A stretch of 64,000 nucleotides of DNA from Methanotrichaceae archaeon (GCA_963748825.1 CAVVKN010000012.1:32001-96000); one strand, 5' to 3'. Counted from the first letter of the stretch, positions 30,591-41,955 are shown. The notes: a model not told the origin generated them from the letters alone. A program made the numbers and translations.

Positions 30591-31855
30591 TGAGATGCAC
30601 CCTCCAGGGCAAGGGGAACAATTCTGGTCATATGCGTCTCAGGTCCGTATACTTCAATGGGCACGCCTAGCCTTCTGCCTAAACTGCGCATGAGCTTCAG
30701 GCCCTGCTCATAATTTGGGCCCCCTCTCCTCACATAGATCTTAACGCCTGCTTCATGCAACTTTTCCTGGTACTCTTCCAAAGCCATGACCACGCCCTTG
30801 AAGGTCTTGGCCACATCAGTGAAGTTGGCAATAGCGCCTCCGATGAGCAGCATCTTTCCACGGGGGTCAATGTGACGCGTCATCAGGTCCAAAATGGTCT
30901 TGGTGTAGTAGTAAGTCTCCTCGGTATTGGGGTCGCCGCTGTATTCGCCGTAATTGGCCATCTCCTTGGCAAAACCCAGGTCGCAGATGGTATCGGCGTA
31001 GATCACGCTCGCCCCACCTCCGGCCACCATGGTCCAGACCCGTCCTTCCGGATTTAAAATGGTCAGCTTCAAAGAGGCTCCTGTCTTGGAATCGAGATCC
31101 TTGATGAAGAGCTCCTCCTTGGACAGGCTCCTGCCGAAGGGCTCGGGGAAAGCAAGACCTGACCATCTTTTCCTCTGCCAGTACTCCTCAGCATCATCAA
31201 GCTTGGCCACCATATCCAGGGGCACAATGGAGCCGTTATGGAAGGTAAAGGGATTGATCTCCAGGTAGGAAAAGCCCGTTTCTGCATAAAAGCGCCACAA
31301 AGCCTTGACGAAATTCTCAATTGCGGTGCTCTTTTCCCCAAGGCTCTTCGGCAACCCGGACTTTATGTCAACGCCATCCATTCCTGCCAGTACATCTACA
31401 TGAAAACGAACTACTTTGTCCCAATTCTCCTCAACAAAGACGCCGCCTTGCATGGAGATGAATATGTTGTCGCCATCACCATCAGAGCTGATGGCCACAT
31501 AAAGCTCCTCTTCGTGTGGTATGAAGGGTTCAATTAAGAAATGAGATAGCCTTCCAGTTATGCCTCCAACCGCTACCAATGCACCCATGTTCTCCTGAAG
31601 GTATTTCTTCGCCCGATCCCAATCTGCATCCAGAAGAACCAGCCCGTGCTTGCCCCTCTTTCCAAAGAGCTGATCCGGCTTGACGACAAGCCTGGCCGTC
31701 TTCAGCCAGGGATGAGTTGATGCCAGCTCCTCCAGATCGGTCTCTGGTCCCACAAGGGCGAGATCGCCTTTATAGGAGAATTCGTTGAGGTACTGGGGAA
31801 GGAATCCGGCCAGCAAACGCTTTGCATCGTATTCCCTAATGCCTCTCTGTGCCAT
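30587..31855 (-). CDS. aclB: ATP citrate lyase beta subunit
   Basis: MAQRGIREYDAK start, VVKPDQLFGKRGK, WTMVAGGGASVIYADT, IGGAIANFT, RRGGPNY; ATGA overlap with aclA. Confidence 0.92.
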   Translation of the reverse strand: MAQRGIREYDAKRLLAGFLPQYLNEFSYKGDLALVGPETDLEELASTHPWLKTARLVVKPDQLFGKRGKHGLVLLDADWDRAKKYLQENMGALVAVGGITGRLSHFLIEPFIPHEEELYVAISSDGDGDNIFISMQGGVFVEENWDKVVRFHVDVLAGMDGVDIKSGLPKSLGEKSTAIENFVKALWRFYAETGFSYLEINPFTFHNGSIVPLDMVAKLDDAEEYWQRKRWSGLAFPEPFGRSLSKEELFIKDLDSKTGASLKLTILNPEGRVWTMVAGGGASVIYADTICDLGFAKEMANYGEYSGDPNTEETYYYTKTILDLMTRHIDPRGKMLLIGGAIANFTDVAKTFKGVVMALEEYQEKLHEAGVKIYVRRGGPNYEQGLKLMRSLGRRLGVPIEVYGPETHMTRIVPLALEGASQ

Positions 31856-31966
31856 GTCCAAAACCACCTTCGCCGCCTTAATGATTTTCTTATTTACAAA
31901 CCTTTCTAAAGGAAAAAGCCAGAATATCTCTTGAATGGCGAAATACTCCTGGGAGACCGGCATACT

Positions 31967-32965
31967 ATGAAGTGTCCTGTTTGCGGAAAAGGCTGCATTC
32001 AGCCTGCAAAAGAGGTTCTGGCTGAGATCGAGCAAAGGTACCCGGCCTGCCCCGTTTGCGCGCCGCAGCCTAATTTAGACAAGACCGCAGGGGCAAGGCT
32101 TCTTCCGGAAAGGGTGGAAAGGTGCCAATCCTGCGGCAGAGCTACGCTTGACGGCGTAATGCTCGATGCCCTGCGCCTGCTGCAAGGCTACGGTCTGCGC
32201 GAGGAAGATGAGACGCTGCGCTCCGTAGGCTCGCCGCTAATTGAGGTCGGCTATCCTTTGGCCTACTCGCCGCGGCTTGGGCCCAGGAGCCTGATACTTT
32301 CCGGTGACAGGTACAGCAAAGAGGCCGCAGAGGCGATGATAAAGCAAATTCCGGAGATCAAGGGAGTGATTCTGAGCCGAGGCGTCGCTGGAGTGGTCGC
32401 CTCAAAGAAAAAGCCCCAGAAGAACGTGCTATTGGCCGGCTGCGACATGCGCGCCGACATCTCTCAAAGCCTCTTTGGCGAAACGGTGATATACAAGAGC
32501 CAGTCGCGAATACACATCGAATTTTCCCGTCAGAGCGCCCCCAAGATGAGAATTTTAGAGCAGCTATCTTTGCAAGGAAAGCTTCGCGATGTAGTGGATG
32601 GGCTCTGTGGCCCAGGAACACTGGGACTGATGTGCGTTTTGGCCGGGGCCAAGCGCGTGGTGCTCAATGATGCCTGGCTTGCCAGCGTGCAAAATGTGCT
32701 GCTAAATCTTGAAGTTAATAGAAGTTTGCTTGGAATCGATGAGATTGAGTATCCGGAAACTTCCAAGAACGAAGTGGGAAAGGAGCCGGTGCTCGTCGGT
32801 CGCGCCCACGGGGCCTGTGAGATCGAGGTATATCATGGCGACCTGGTGAGGCTCTTTTCCAGAGCGCGGCCCGGCGACATTTGCCTGATCGATCACTTTC
32901 CCGGCGCGAATACTGCGGAGCTGGAGAGGGCCTGCCGCTGCTGTAAAGAGATCGTAATCGTATGA
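31967..32965 (+). CDS. Archaeal protein with N-terminal Zn-ribbons and a C-terminal SAM-methyltransferase-like fold
   Basis: CPVC..C, CPVC, CQSC; VVDGLCGPGTLG..VVLND glycine-rich motif; start set at MKCP. Confidence 0.6.
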   Translation: MKCPVCGKGCIQPAKEVLAEIEQRYPACPVCAPQPNLDKTAGARLLPERVERCQSCGRATLDGVMLDALRLLQGYGLREEDETLRSVGSPLIEVGYPLAYSPRLGPRSLILSGDRYSKEAAEAMIKQIPEIKGVILSRGVAGVVASKKKPQKNVLLAGCDMRADISQSLFGETVIYKSQSRIHIEFSRQSAPKMRILEQLSLQGKLRDVVDGLCGPGTLGLMCVLAGAKRVVLNDAWLASVQNVLLNLEVNRSLLGIDEIEYPETSKNEVGKEPVLVGRAHGACEIEVYHGDLVRLFSRARPGDICLIDHFPGANTAELERACRCCKEIVIV

Positions 32966-33009
32966 GGCTGAAGAGCGACGATTGAGAAACAATTGAAAAA
33001 CCAAATAAA

Positions 33010-33084
33010 TGGGACAGCGCGGATTCGAACCGCGGTCCAAGAGTCCCAAACCCTCGAGGATAGACCAGGCTACCCCACTGTCCC
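33010..33084 (-). tRNA. tRNA-Pro(TGG)
   Basis: GGGACAG acceptor stem, anticodon loop TT-TGG-GA, GGTTCGAATCC T-arm; no encoded CCA. Confidence 0.95.
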
Positions 33085-33398
33085 AAAATGCAGTAGGCCT
33101 ACTGGTCTGTGGTCTTTAAAAGGCTTTTGCTAGGTATTTCCCTAGTGCGGTCATCAAAGCATTGCGATTCTAGAAAACCCTAATCACAACCTTTTTAAAT
33201 CCTGCTTTGATAGGGACATCTCATGGGAAAGACAGGAAGCATAGTATGGGTCAAGATTAAGGGCAGAAAGGGTCAGGTCCGGCAGGTTACCAAGGCTGAG
33301 GCCACTCACAAAAAGCCCGGTCCGATGCAAAGATATACCGCAGCAGGTTCTAGAGTCAAGAAGATAAAGAGATCTGCGAAGGCTACTCAAATCAGAAC

Positions 33399-34574
33399 AT
33401 GATCTCCCAGGACGTAGTCTTAGTTCGCTACGGGGAGATCACACTAAAAGATAGCTGGACCAGGCAGAACTGGGAACGCATTTTAGCTGGCAATATTGCT
33501 TTTTCCTTGCATAGGGCCAGGGTAGAGCATAAGATGGAGAGGGGCGAGGGCCGGATCTTCATCCATACCTCTGACTCCAGGGCAAGCGAGATTGCAGCAC
33601 GTGTTTTTGGAGTAGTCTCAACCAGCCCCGCCAGGACAGTCGCTTCGGATCTGGGGGAAATAAGCCGGGCGGCGGTAGAGCTGGCAGGCCTGGCCAAACC
33701 GAGCACTTTTGCCATCCGGCCCAGGCGCTCAGGGGTCTCATTCTCCAGCGAACAAATAGGGCGAGTCGTGGGTGAGGCCGTCAGAATTGCCACGGGCTCC
33801 TCTGTGGACCTGAATAGGCCGGAACTGGAGATCTTCGTTGAGGCCAGGAAGGATCGGGCCTTCATCTTCACCGAGGTTGTGAAGGGCGTGGGCGGCCTGC
33901 CTCTGGGGTCGCAGGGCAAGATGTTAGTTCTCATTTCAGGAGGCATTGACTCGCCCGTGGCCGCATGGATGATGATGAAGAGGGGCTGTCCGGTCACACT
34001 CCTGCATTTCGACTCCCGGCCTTATGCCGACGCCATAGACCAGTCCATGAGGTGCGCTGAGATTCTAGCGGACTGGACCGCTGGCAGAAAGATCGATTTT
34101 ATCACCATCCCCATCAGCCGGGGAATTGAGAAGATTGCATCTCACTATCCTAGAGCCACCTGCATTCTCTGCCGGCGCTTGATGTACCGGATAGCTACAG
34201 AGGTCATGGAGATGCAGGGGTGCCTGGGCATAGTCACCGGCTATTCCATGGGCCAGGTAGCCTCGCAGACGGCAGATAACATCCTGGCTGAGCAGGCGGC
34301 GATAGGAGTTCCGGTCTTCCATCCGCTCATCTCTATGGACAAGACGGAGATCATGGATCTGGCCAGAAAGGTAGGCACCTATGGCATTGCCGCAGAGACC
34401 AAATCCTGCACTGCCGTGCCGAACAAGCCCATGACTCGGGCCAAGAAGGGCGAGATCCTCATGGCAGAAGAAGAGCTTGGGCTGAGGGAAATAGCCAGAG
34501 CGCTGGTCAAAGAGATGACGGTAACCAGAATCGGGTACCAGGATATTGATTCTCTGCAAGAGGGCCATGAATAA
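33399..34574 (+). CDS. thiI: tRNA 4-thiouridine synthase ThiI
   Basis: VRYGEITLK, THUMP domain, GVGGLPLGSQG, PP-loop SGGIDSPVA, CILC, GQVASQT. Confidence 0.93.
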   Translation: MISQDVVLVRYGEITLKDSWTRQNWERILAGNIAFSLHRARVEHKMERGEGRIFIHTSDSRASEIAARVFGVVSTSPARTVASDLGEISRAAVELAGLAKPSTFAIRPRRSGVSFSSEQIGRVVGEAVRIATGSSVDLNRPELEIFVEARKDRAFIFTEVVKGVGGLPLGSQGKMLVLISGGIDSPVAAWMMMKRGCPVTLLHFDSRPYADAIDQSMRCAEILADWTAGRKIDFITIPISRGIEKIASHYPRATCILCRRLMYRIATEVMEMQGCLGIVTGYSMGQVASQTADNILAEQAAIGVPVFHPLISMDKTEIMDLARKVGTYGIAAETKSCTAVPNKPMTRAKKGEILMAEEELGLREIARALVKEMTVTRIGYQDIDSLQEGHE

Positions 34575-35142
34575 TATGTCTGTAAGCATATCAACAGTCA
34601 TTATTGATAGTACCTGAACTGTAAGTAATGAACTAACTTACGGATTATAGTTTGAGATTCCATTTTTTTGTCCGGCGCAAAAAAGACCTCAAAGCAATCG
34701 ATCATTCTCCATAGTGCTCCAATGATATTGATTACTAAGAGACGGGCATGGCTAGTTAGCGTGAGGTGATTTGGCCATGAAATATTCAGTGATATTCCTG
34801 CTAATCGCTAAAGTATCTACAGTTATTAATTCTAGGTGACGTCATATGGGCCTGAATAATCCTCAATTTCAGATATTTATACCACGATTTCTCCACTAAT
34901 TCCTGATTGAATTAGGCGTAAAACATAAATATTGAAAGAAGAGATACGAGATTACAATTGCGAATTAATTGATTAATTGCGATGATTGATTTAGTGTTTC
35001 CTTGGGCACGCATCAAGGGATTATGATAAACAGGCCACAATGGTCATATTTGTCGCCAATCTCACGAAGAAAGAATATTGGCAAATGTATTGCTAAACCA
35101 AGAAAAATAAGAATTTTAATCATAAGTTCAGGAGGGATACGA

Positions 35143-35346
35143 ATGGCTGAGGATAAGAAAAGGTCTAAAAAAGAAGTAAAGGGCACGATGACAGTTCAGG
35201 AGGCAGGAAGAAGAGGTGGCATGAAGACTGCTCAAACACATGGAAAGGATTTTTATGAAGAAATCGGCCATAAAGGTGGTCAGAGGGTCAAAGAATTAAT
35301 TGAAGAAGGCAAGAGAGCCAGGGCACTAAGCACAGAGAGGCAGTAG
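35143..35346 (+). CDS. Small KGG-repeat (Em/GsiB-like) stress protein
   Basis: MTVQEAGRRGG..HGKDFYEEIGHKGGQRV; GGAGG SD upstream of ATG 35143. Confidence 0.85.
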   Translation: MAEDKKRSKKEVKGTMTVQEAGRRGGMKTAQTHGKDFYEEIGHKGGQRVKELIEEGKRARALSTERQ

Positions 35347-35501
35347 CGTCTTTTTTGTAAGAACGCAAGGACAAGTCCCGGCAGTGGCAGATTCTTTGCC
35401 GATTTGCCGGGACCGGCATCTTGACCGGGACGCCTGGCTTTCTAGGGGCCATGTCTTCCAGCTTCGCGGCGCTCTGCTGGCGGCAAGATGAGACGGCGGC
35501 T

Positions 35502-36122
35502 TTACGGAGAGTCTGTGCTCTTCGGCTGATGGTCCTCTGTATTTTCGCTTGACGCTATCGCCATCTCATCCTTCATCTTGACCAGGATCCATCCTCGCTT
35601 GGTGCGGGTGAGAGCATAGCCGCCTTTGAGCCTTTTGCCCTCCAGCCAGAAGGCAGCGTGACCGCTATGCAGGGCCTCCCCCATGGAGATCTCCTGCCCA
35701 TCTTTTTGGGTCATATTTCGATAGGGACCCGTATCCCACACGACCACAGTTCCGGCACCGTACTGGCCTTCCGGGATTGTGCCCTGGAAAATGGCATATT
35801 CTAGAGGATGGTCTTCGGTCTGTATGGCCAGACGCTTGTCCCTGGGATCGAGGGAAGGGCCTTTGGGAACGGCCCAGGACTTAAGGACGCCGTCCACCTC
35901 CAGGCGCAGATCGTAGTGCAGGCGGCGGGAGCTGTGCTCTTGCACTACAAAGATCCTGTTGCTGGTACTGAGACCCTCGCCCGAGGGCTCAGAAGTGAGA
36001 GAAAAGTCCCTCTTCTCCCGGTAGGTTTTTAGTGGGTCCGGTTTTTCCATGCCGGATTTTGATGGATCAGATTTTTGCGAGCCTTCATTCATGAGAACAC
36101 CAATAACATTTTTCACGCTCAT
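35502..36122 (-). CDS. Stand-alone LigD 3'-phosphoesterase domain protein (true start probably near 36092 or 36050)
   Basis: YREKRDF..TSEP, FVVQEH..RRLHYDLRLE, SWAVPKGPSLDP, EDHPLEY, YGAG.V.VWD.G. Confidence 0.88.
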   Translation of the reverse strand: MSVKNVIGVLMNEGSQKSDPSKSGMEKPDPLKTYREKRDFSLTSEPSGEGLSTSNRIFVVQEHSSRRLHYDLRLEVDGVLKSWAVPKGPSLDPRDKRLAIQTEDHPLEYAIFQGTIPEGQYGAGTVVVWDTGPYRNMTQKDGQEISMGEALHSGHAAFWLEGKRLKGGYALTRTKRGWILVKMKDEMAIASSENTEDHQPKSTDSP

Positions 36123-36228
36123 AATTTAAAGATCTTCACTTGGCGAATAGGAATCGATAATCATTATAACTGACGAAGACTTTTTCTCCTCAAAACGATA
36201 ATATTACTAGCAAGAATTACTAGCAGGA

Positions 36229-38361
36229 GTGATCCCCATCCCCATGCCATCATCCCACTCGCATCACGAGCCCACGGATCTGGAGCCTGTGGCAAAAGTC
36301 GAAGAGAAAAAGCCCGATCAAGACAAGGAAATGAGGGCTAGAGAGGATTCCCGGCCGGATAGAGCCCAAAAAGAAAAGCCGCAAATGAGACATTCCGGCC
36401 ATGCCGGGCAGGGCCATGCAGGACAAGGCCATCAGGGCATGCTGGCCGATTTCAAGCGACGTCTGATCTTCTCTCTCATCCTTACCGGGCCGGTACTCTT
36501 GCTCTCTCCTCACGTGCAGCAGTTCTTCGGCTTTCATTGGCAGCCTTCTGGCTCCGCCACACTCCTTTTCCTGCTCTCCTCCGCAGTCTACTTCTATGGC
36601 GGCTATCCCTTCTTTGTCGGCCTGAAAGCCGAATTTCGAAAAAGGCAGCCGGGCATGATGACACTGGTGGCAGTTGCCATAACTGTGGCCTACGTCTACA
36701 GCTCTTCTGTCATCTTTGGCTTTGCAGGCATGGACTTCTTCTGGGAGCTGGTCACGCTGATAGATATCATGCTTCTCGGTCACTGGATCGAGATGCGCTC
36801 CACCATGGGGGCCTCGCGCGCCCTGGAGGAACTGGCAAAGATCTTGCCCTCTCAAGCGCATCTGATCCGGGACGGTGCGGTGCATGAAGTAAATGTTTCA
36901 GACTTAAAACCGGAAGATCACGTTCTTGTAAAGCCCGGCGAAAAGATTCCTGCAGACGGAAGGGTACTGGAGGGGGCCTCGGATGTAAATGAATCAGCGC
37001 TCACTGGCGAGTCTCAGCCGGTGATCAAGAGAGCTGGAGACGAGGTCATGGCCGGCTCGATAAATGGCTCAGGAGCTGTAACGGTGGCCGTCACGAAGAC
37101 GGGCAAGGACAGCTACCTGTCCCAGGTGATTGAACTGGTAAGACGCGCCCAGGAGAGCCGATCAAAGACCCAGAACCTGGCCGACAAAGCGGCATTTGCG
37201 CTCACGGTTGTGGCTTTAACGGCAGGCAGCCTCACCTTGGCCGCCTGGCTCATCCTGGGGGAGGGTTTTGCTTTTGCCGTGGAGAGGGCGGTGACGGTCA
37301 TGGTCACTGCCTGCCCTCATGCCTTGGGGCTGGCTATTCCTCTGGTGGTAGCCGTGTCCACCTCTCTGGCCGCCAAATCCGGGCTTCTGGTTCGAGAGCG
37401 GCAGGCCTTTGAGACGGCCAAAGACATCTCGGCCGTGGTCTTCGATAAGACGGGCACCCTCACAGAAGGCCGCTTCGGGGTCACAGATATTCTGCCTCTG
37501 GTGGAGGCGGATGAGAACAGGATCCTGGAGCTGGCAGCGTCCCTGGAGGGCCGGGCGGAGCATCCCATCGCTCAGGCAGTGACGAAAAAGGCGGAGGAGA
37601 GGAATCTAGCCATCCTCACGCCCCAGGAGTTTCGGCTCATTCCGGGAGAGGGAATCGAAGGCCAAGTAGGGGGCAGAAATCTGAAGATCGTCAGCCCCGG
37701 TTATCTGAAAGAGCTGAAAAACGATTTTCAGGACGAGCGGCTGGGGCGGTTGCTCGGTCAGGCAAAGACGGTGGTGATCCTTCTGGAGGGCGAAAAGCCT
37801 CTGGGTGCTATTGCTCTGGCCGATGTTGTCAGAAAGGAGTCACGAGAGGCTGTGGACCTGCTCAAGTCCATGGGCATAAAATGTATGATGCTCACCGGAG
37901 ACAATCGATCTGTCGCCGAGGCGGTCTCCAGGGAGCTGGGGCTGGATGAGTTCTTCGCTGAGGTTTTGCCTGGCGAGAAAGCGGATGCCATCAAGAAAGT
38001 GCAGGAAAAATACACCGTGGCCATGGTGGGAGATGGAGTCAACGATGCTCCGGCCCTGGCCCAGGCTGATGTGGGCATCGCCATCGGCGCGGGAACAGAT
38101 GTGGCCATCCAGGCCGCGGACATAATATTAGTAAGAAATGACCCGCGCGATGTGGTCAATATCATCAGCCTCTCTAGAAAGACCTATGCCAAAATGCTTC
38201 AGAATCTGCTCTGGGCCACGGGCTACAATGTAATTGCCATTCCTTTGGCAGCTGGCGTTCTTTATAGCTGGGGCATTCTGCTCAGCCCGGCAGCGGGAGC
38301 GGTGCTCATGAGCCTGTCCACGGTGATTGTGGCGGTGAATGCCAGGAGGCTCGAGATGTGA
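36229..38361 (+). CDS. copB: Copper-transporting P1B-3 type ATPase with His-rich N-terminus
   Basis: TGES, CPH transmembrane motif, DKTGT, EHP, GDGVNDAPALA, GYN, MSLST. Confidence 0.9.
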   Translation: MIPIPMPSSHSHHEPTDLEPVAKVEEKKPDQDKEMRAREDSRPDRAQKEKPQMRHSGHAGQGHAGQGHQGMLADFKRRLIFSLILTGPVLLLSPHVQQFFGFHWQPSGSATLLFLLSSAVYFYGGYPFFVGLKAEFRKRQPGMMTLVAVAITVAYVYSSSVIFGFAGMDFFWELVTLIDIMLLGHWIEMRSTMGASRALEELAKILPSQAHLIRDGAVHEVNVSDLKPEDHVLVKPGEKIPADGRVLEGASDVNESALTGESQPVIKRAGDEVMAGSINGSGAVTVAVTKTGKDSYLSQVIELVRRAQESRSKTQNLADKAAFALTVVALTAGSLTLAAWLILGEGFAFAVERAVTVMVTACPHALGLAIPLVVAVSTSLAAKSGLLVRERQAFETAKDISAVVFDKTGTLTEGRFGVTDILPLVEADENRILELAASLEGRAEHPIAQAVTKKAEERNLAILTPQEFRLIPGEGIEGQVGGRNLKIVSPGYLKELKNDFQDERLGRLLGQAKTVVILLEGEKPLGAIALADVVRKESREAVDLLKSMGIKCMMLTGDNRSVAEAVSRELGLDEFFAEVLPGEKADAIKKVQEKYTVAMVGDGVNDAPALAQADVGIAIGAGTDVAIQAADIILVRNDPRDVVNIISLSRKTYAKMLQNLLWATGYNVIAIPLAAGVLYSWGILLSPAAGAVLMSLSTVIVAVNARRLEM

Positions 38362-38472
38362 AATCGCTATTCTATTACTCGTAAGAAAGCTCCGAGGGTG
38401 GGATAATGACTATAACTTTAATGTTTAAATGCACAAAAAATATACAAGCGACCTAATTACTCAGTAATTATA

Positions 38473-38545
<73 letters not shown>

Positions 38546-38550
38546 TCAAG

Positions 38551-38624
38551 TGGGCCCGACGCGATTCGAACGCATGACCTCCGCCATGTCAAGGCGACGT
38601 CATAACCAGCTAGACCACGGGCCC
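38551..38624 (-). tRNA. tRNA-Val(GAC), 5 nt upstream of tRNA-Phe
   Basis: GGGCCCG..TCGCC-TT-GAC-AT-GGCGG..GTTCGAATC..CGGGCCCA. Confidence 0.95.
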
Positions 38625-38689
38625 GCAAGCACCTTCCCTGTCTCGTTCTCGCAGATAAAGGCTTCGGTCTGACTTGGGAATAGCTAAAA

Positions 38690-38737
38690 TGAAATTTGGA
38701 TAGGGGCGGCATCGTGCCCGGCCCTATCCAAATTTCA
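38690..38737 (-). terminator. 16-bp perfect inverted repeat at the carB stop codon
   Basis: TGAAATTTGGATAGGG-N16-CCCTATCCAAATTTCA. Confidence 0.55.
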
Positions 38738-41700
38738 ATTGTAGTAGACCTCTTTGTGATACTCATCCAGCGCCTTGATGGTGATCTGATCCTTCTTAGC
38801 CATGAGAATCGCATCTGCCGCTGCCTGAGCCGCCTGGATGGTGGTGATGTAGGGGAGATGGTAATCCACGGCGCTTCTCCGGATCTGGACGCCGTCCTTG
38901 ACCGACTGCTTGGTGGTGGGCGTGTTGATGATCAGCTTCACCTCGCCAATCTTGATATAGTCCATGATATTGGGGCTGCCGTTGTAGATCTTATTCACCT
39001 TCACCACAGGCAGGCCCGAGCGGCGCAGGTAATCGGCTGTGCTATCCGTCGCAATGATGGAGAGCCCTGCCTCATGCATCTTCTTGGCAGCCACAGCAAC
39101 TGCAGCCTTGTCCTCATCTTTGACGGAGATGAAGACCATGCCCTCCAGAGGCAGCGGATTGTCCGCGGACAGCTCTGCCTTGAAGAAGGCCAGGCCCAGC
39201 TTGTAGTCTATGCCCATGACCTCGCCCGTAGACCTCATCTCCGGCCCCAGCAGCACATCCGCGCCTGGCAGCTTGTCGAAGGGCAGGAGCACCTCTTTGA
39301 CGGAGACGTAAGGCGTCTTGGGCTCCAAGAGCATGCCCTGCTCGCGTAGGGACTTTCCAATCATGACGTTGGCGGCAATCTTGGCCAGGGGCAGGCCCAC
39401 GGCTTTGGAGACGAAGGGTATGGTGCGACTCGACCTGGGATTGGCCTCCAGCACATAAACCGTTCCGTCTTTGTAAGCCATCTGCAGGTTCACAATTCCT
39501 ACGACTTTAAGACCAAGCGCGATCTTGCGCACGTAGTCCCTTACTACCTCTAAAACCACACCCGGTAAGGTCTGGGGTGGAATCATGCAGGCGCTGTCGC
39601 CCGAATGAATGCCTGCCTCCTCGATGTGCTCCATGATGGCGCCGATCAGAACATCTGTTCCGTCGCAAACAGCGTCCACATCGATCTCCACGGCGTTTTG
39701 CAGGAAATCATCGATAAGAACCGGATGCTCATGGGAGACGTGCACCGCCTCGCGCATATAGACCTCCAGGCCCGCCTCGTCGTAAACAATCTCCATGGCC
39801 CGGCCCCCCAGAACGTAGCTGGGCCGCACCAGCACGGGATAGCCGATCCTGGTGGCAACGGCCTTGGCCTCGGCGGGAGTGAAGGCGATGCCGGCTCTGG
39901 GCTGAGGGATGTTCAACTGGTCCATGAGAGCATTGAACCTCTCCCTGTCCTCCGCCAGATCAATGCTGTCCGGGCTGGTGCCCAGGATCTTTGTCTTCAG
40001 GCCTCGGCGCGCGATCTCCTTTTCCAGGGGGAAGGCCAGGTTTATGGCCGTCTGGCCGCCGAACTGCACCAGTACACCGTAGGGCTGCTCCTTTTCCAGG
40101 ATGTTTATGACGTCCTCCAAAGTAACCGGCTCAAAGAAGAGCTTGTCTGAGGTGTCGTAATCGGTGGAAACGGTCTCAGGATTGTTGTTGACGATGTGGG
40201 TCTCGATGCCCTGCTCGCGCAGCGCCATCACAGCATGAACTGTGCAGTAGTCAAACTCGATACCCTGGCCGATGCGGATGGGGCCTGAGCCCAGGATCAG
40301 CACCTTCTTTTTGTCTGAGGGCACCAGCTCGCACTGGGTGTCGTAGGTGGAGTAGTAGTAGGGGGTCTTGGCCTCAAACTCGGCGGCACAGGTATCCACC
40401 ATCTTGTAAGTAGGAATGATGCCAAGCGAGATACGCATATCTGTTATCTCTTCCCGGCTTTTGCCCACGATGCCCGCTATCTGCTTATCGGTAAAGCCGG
40501 TGCGCTTGGCCTTCCTCAGGGTCTCGAAATTCAGTTCTGCCCCTATTTCCTTCTCCATGGCAATGATGTTCTCTATCCTGTAGAGGAAGTAAGGCTCAAT
40601 GCCGGTGATCTTTGAGATCTCCTCTGATGACATGCCCCTCTTCAAGGCCTGGTAGATGGCAAAGAGCCGCTCGTCAGTGGGATTTTCCAGGAGGTTTTTG
40701 ATCTCCTCATCCGTCCAGGTGGTGTACTTTCCCGCGTACCCCAGATCTTTATCGATATCCAGGGAACGAATGGCCTTCATGAGAGCCTCTTCGTAGCTGC
40801 GTCCAATGGACATGACCTCACCAGTGGATTTCATGGCCGTGGTGAGGGTCTTGTTGGCCTTGACGAACTTGTCGAACGGCCAGCGGGGAATCTTGATCAC
40901 CACGTAATCCACGGCGGGCTCGAAGGAGGCGGGCGTCTCTTTGGTCACATCGTTTCTGATCTCATCGAGTGTCATGCCGATAGCGATCTTGGCGGTAACT
41001 CGAGCAATTGGGTAGCCGGTGGCCTTGGAGGCCAGAGCCGAGGATCGGGAGACGCGGGGATTGACCTCTATGACCCGGTACTCCCCGTTCTTGAATGCGA
41101 ACTGAATGTTGCAGCCACCTTCAATTTCTAAAGCGCGGATGATGTTGATGGCTGCGCTTCGCAGCATCTGGATCTCCTTATCGGACAGGGTCTGGATGGG
41201 CGTGACGACAATGGACTCGCCAGTGTGAATGCCCATTGGATCCATATTCTCCATGTTGCAGATGGTGATGCAGGTATTGTTCGAGTCTCTCATCACCTCG
41301 TACTCCAGCTCAATCCAGCCTCCTACGCTCTCCTCCAGCAGGACCTGGCTAATGCGAGACCTCTTCAGCCCCAGCTCGCAGATGGAGAGAAGTTCCTCGC
41401 GAGTCTTGGCAATACCGCCACCAGAGCCGCCTAATGTGTAGGCGGGCCGGACTACCAGCGGCAGTCCCAGCTCCTCCATGACCGCCAGAGCCTCCTGCAG
41501 GGTGTTGACCGCTTTGCTCTTCGGCACAGGCTCGCCCACCCGCTGCATGGCTTTCTTGAAGAGGTCGCGATCCTCTGCCTCTCGAATGGACTTGACGGAC
41601 GTGCCCAGTACCTCAACATTGAATTTCTCTAAAACGCCCATCTCCGCCAGCTCGGATGTGATATTCAGGCCTGTCTGGCCGCCGATGCCGGCGATAATTC

Positions 41701-41953
41701 CATCAGGCCTCTCCTTCTCGATGATCTTGGCCACGATCTCCGGCACCAAAGGCTCAATGTAGACTTTATCTGCGGTGTCCGGATCGGTCATGATGGTGGC
41801 CGGATTGGAGTTGACCAAGACGACCTCGATTCCCTCTTCGCGCAGAGACTTGCAGGCCTGAGAGCCGGAGAAATCAAATTCTGCAGCCTGGCCGATCTGA
41901 ATAGGCCCCGAGCCGATGAGAAGGACCTTATGAATATCATTTCTTTTGGGCAT
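38735..41953 (-). CDS. carB: Carbamoyl-phosphate synthase large subunit
   Basis: [17 protein letters not shown], duplicated ATP-grasp domains, C-terminal MGS domain. Confidence 0.97.
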   Translation of the reverse strand: MPKRNDIHKVLLIGSGPIQIGQAAEFDFSGSQACKSLREEGIEVVLVNSNPATIMTDPDTADKVYIEPLVPEIVAKIIEKERPDGIIAGIGGQTGLNITSELAEMGVLEKFNVEVLGTSVKSIREAEDRDLFKKAMQRVGEPVPKSKAVNTLQEALAVMEELGLPLVVRPAYTLGGSGGGIAKTREELLSICELGLKRSRISQVLLEESVGGWIELEYEVMRDSNNTCITICNMENMDPMGIHTGESIVVTPIQTLSDKEIQMLRSAAINIIRALEIEGGCNIQFAFKNGEYRVIEVNPRVSRSSALASKATGYPIARVTAKIAIGMTLDEIRNDVTKETPASFEPAVDYVVIKIPRWPFDKFVKANKTLTTAMKSTGEVMSIGRSYEEALMKAIRSLDIDKDLGYAGKYTTWTDEEIKNLLENPTDERLFAIYQALKRGMSSEEISKITGIEPYFLYRIENIIAMEKEIGAELNFETLRKAKRTGFTDKQIAGIVGKSREEITDMRISLGIIPTYKMVDTCAAEFEAKTPYYYSTYDTQCELVPSDKKKVLILGSGPIRIGQGIEFDYCTVHAVMALREQGIETHIVNNNPETVSTDYDTSDKLFFEPVTLEDVINILEKEQPYGVLVQFGGQTAINLAFPLEKEIARRGLKTKILGTSPDSIDLAEDRERFNALMDQLNIPQPRAGIAFTPAEAKAVATRIGYPVLVRPSYVLGGRAMEIVYDEAGLEVYMREAVHVSHEHPVLIDDFLQNAVEIDVDAVCDGTDVLIGAIMEHIEEAGIHSGDSACMIPPQTLPGVVLEVVRDYVRKIALGLKVVGIVNLQMAYKDGTVYVLEANPRSSRTIPFVSKAVGLPLAKIAANVMIGKSLREQGMLLEPKTPYVSVKEVLLPFDKLPGADVLLGPEMRSTGEVMGIDYKLGLAFFKAELSADNPLPLEGMVFISVKDEDKAAVAVAAKKMHEAGLSIIATDSTADYLRRSGLPVVKVNKIYNGSPNIMDYIKIGEVKLIINTPTTKQSVKDGVQIRRSAVDYHLPYITTIQAAQAAADAILMAKKDQITIKALDEYHKEVYYN

Positions 41954-41955
41954 CT

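Noticed and set aside
30587-32035. N-terminal extensions given in the ORF track for aclB (likewise carA, the KGG protein and the HydC-like subunit)
   Set aside because: They overlap divergent genes or precede clear SD/ATG starts that match the family N-termini
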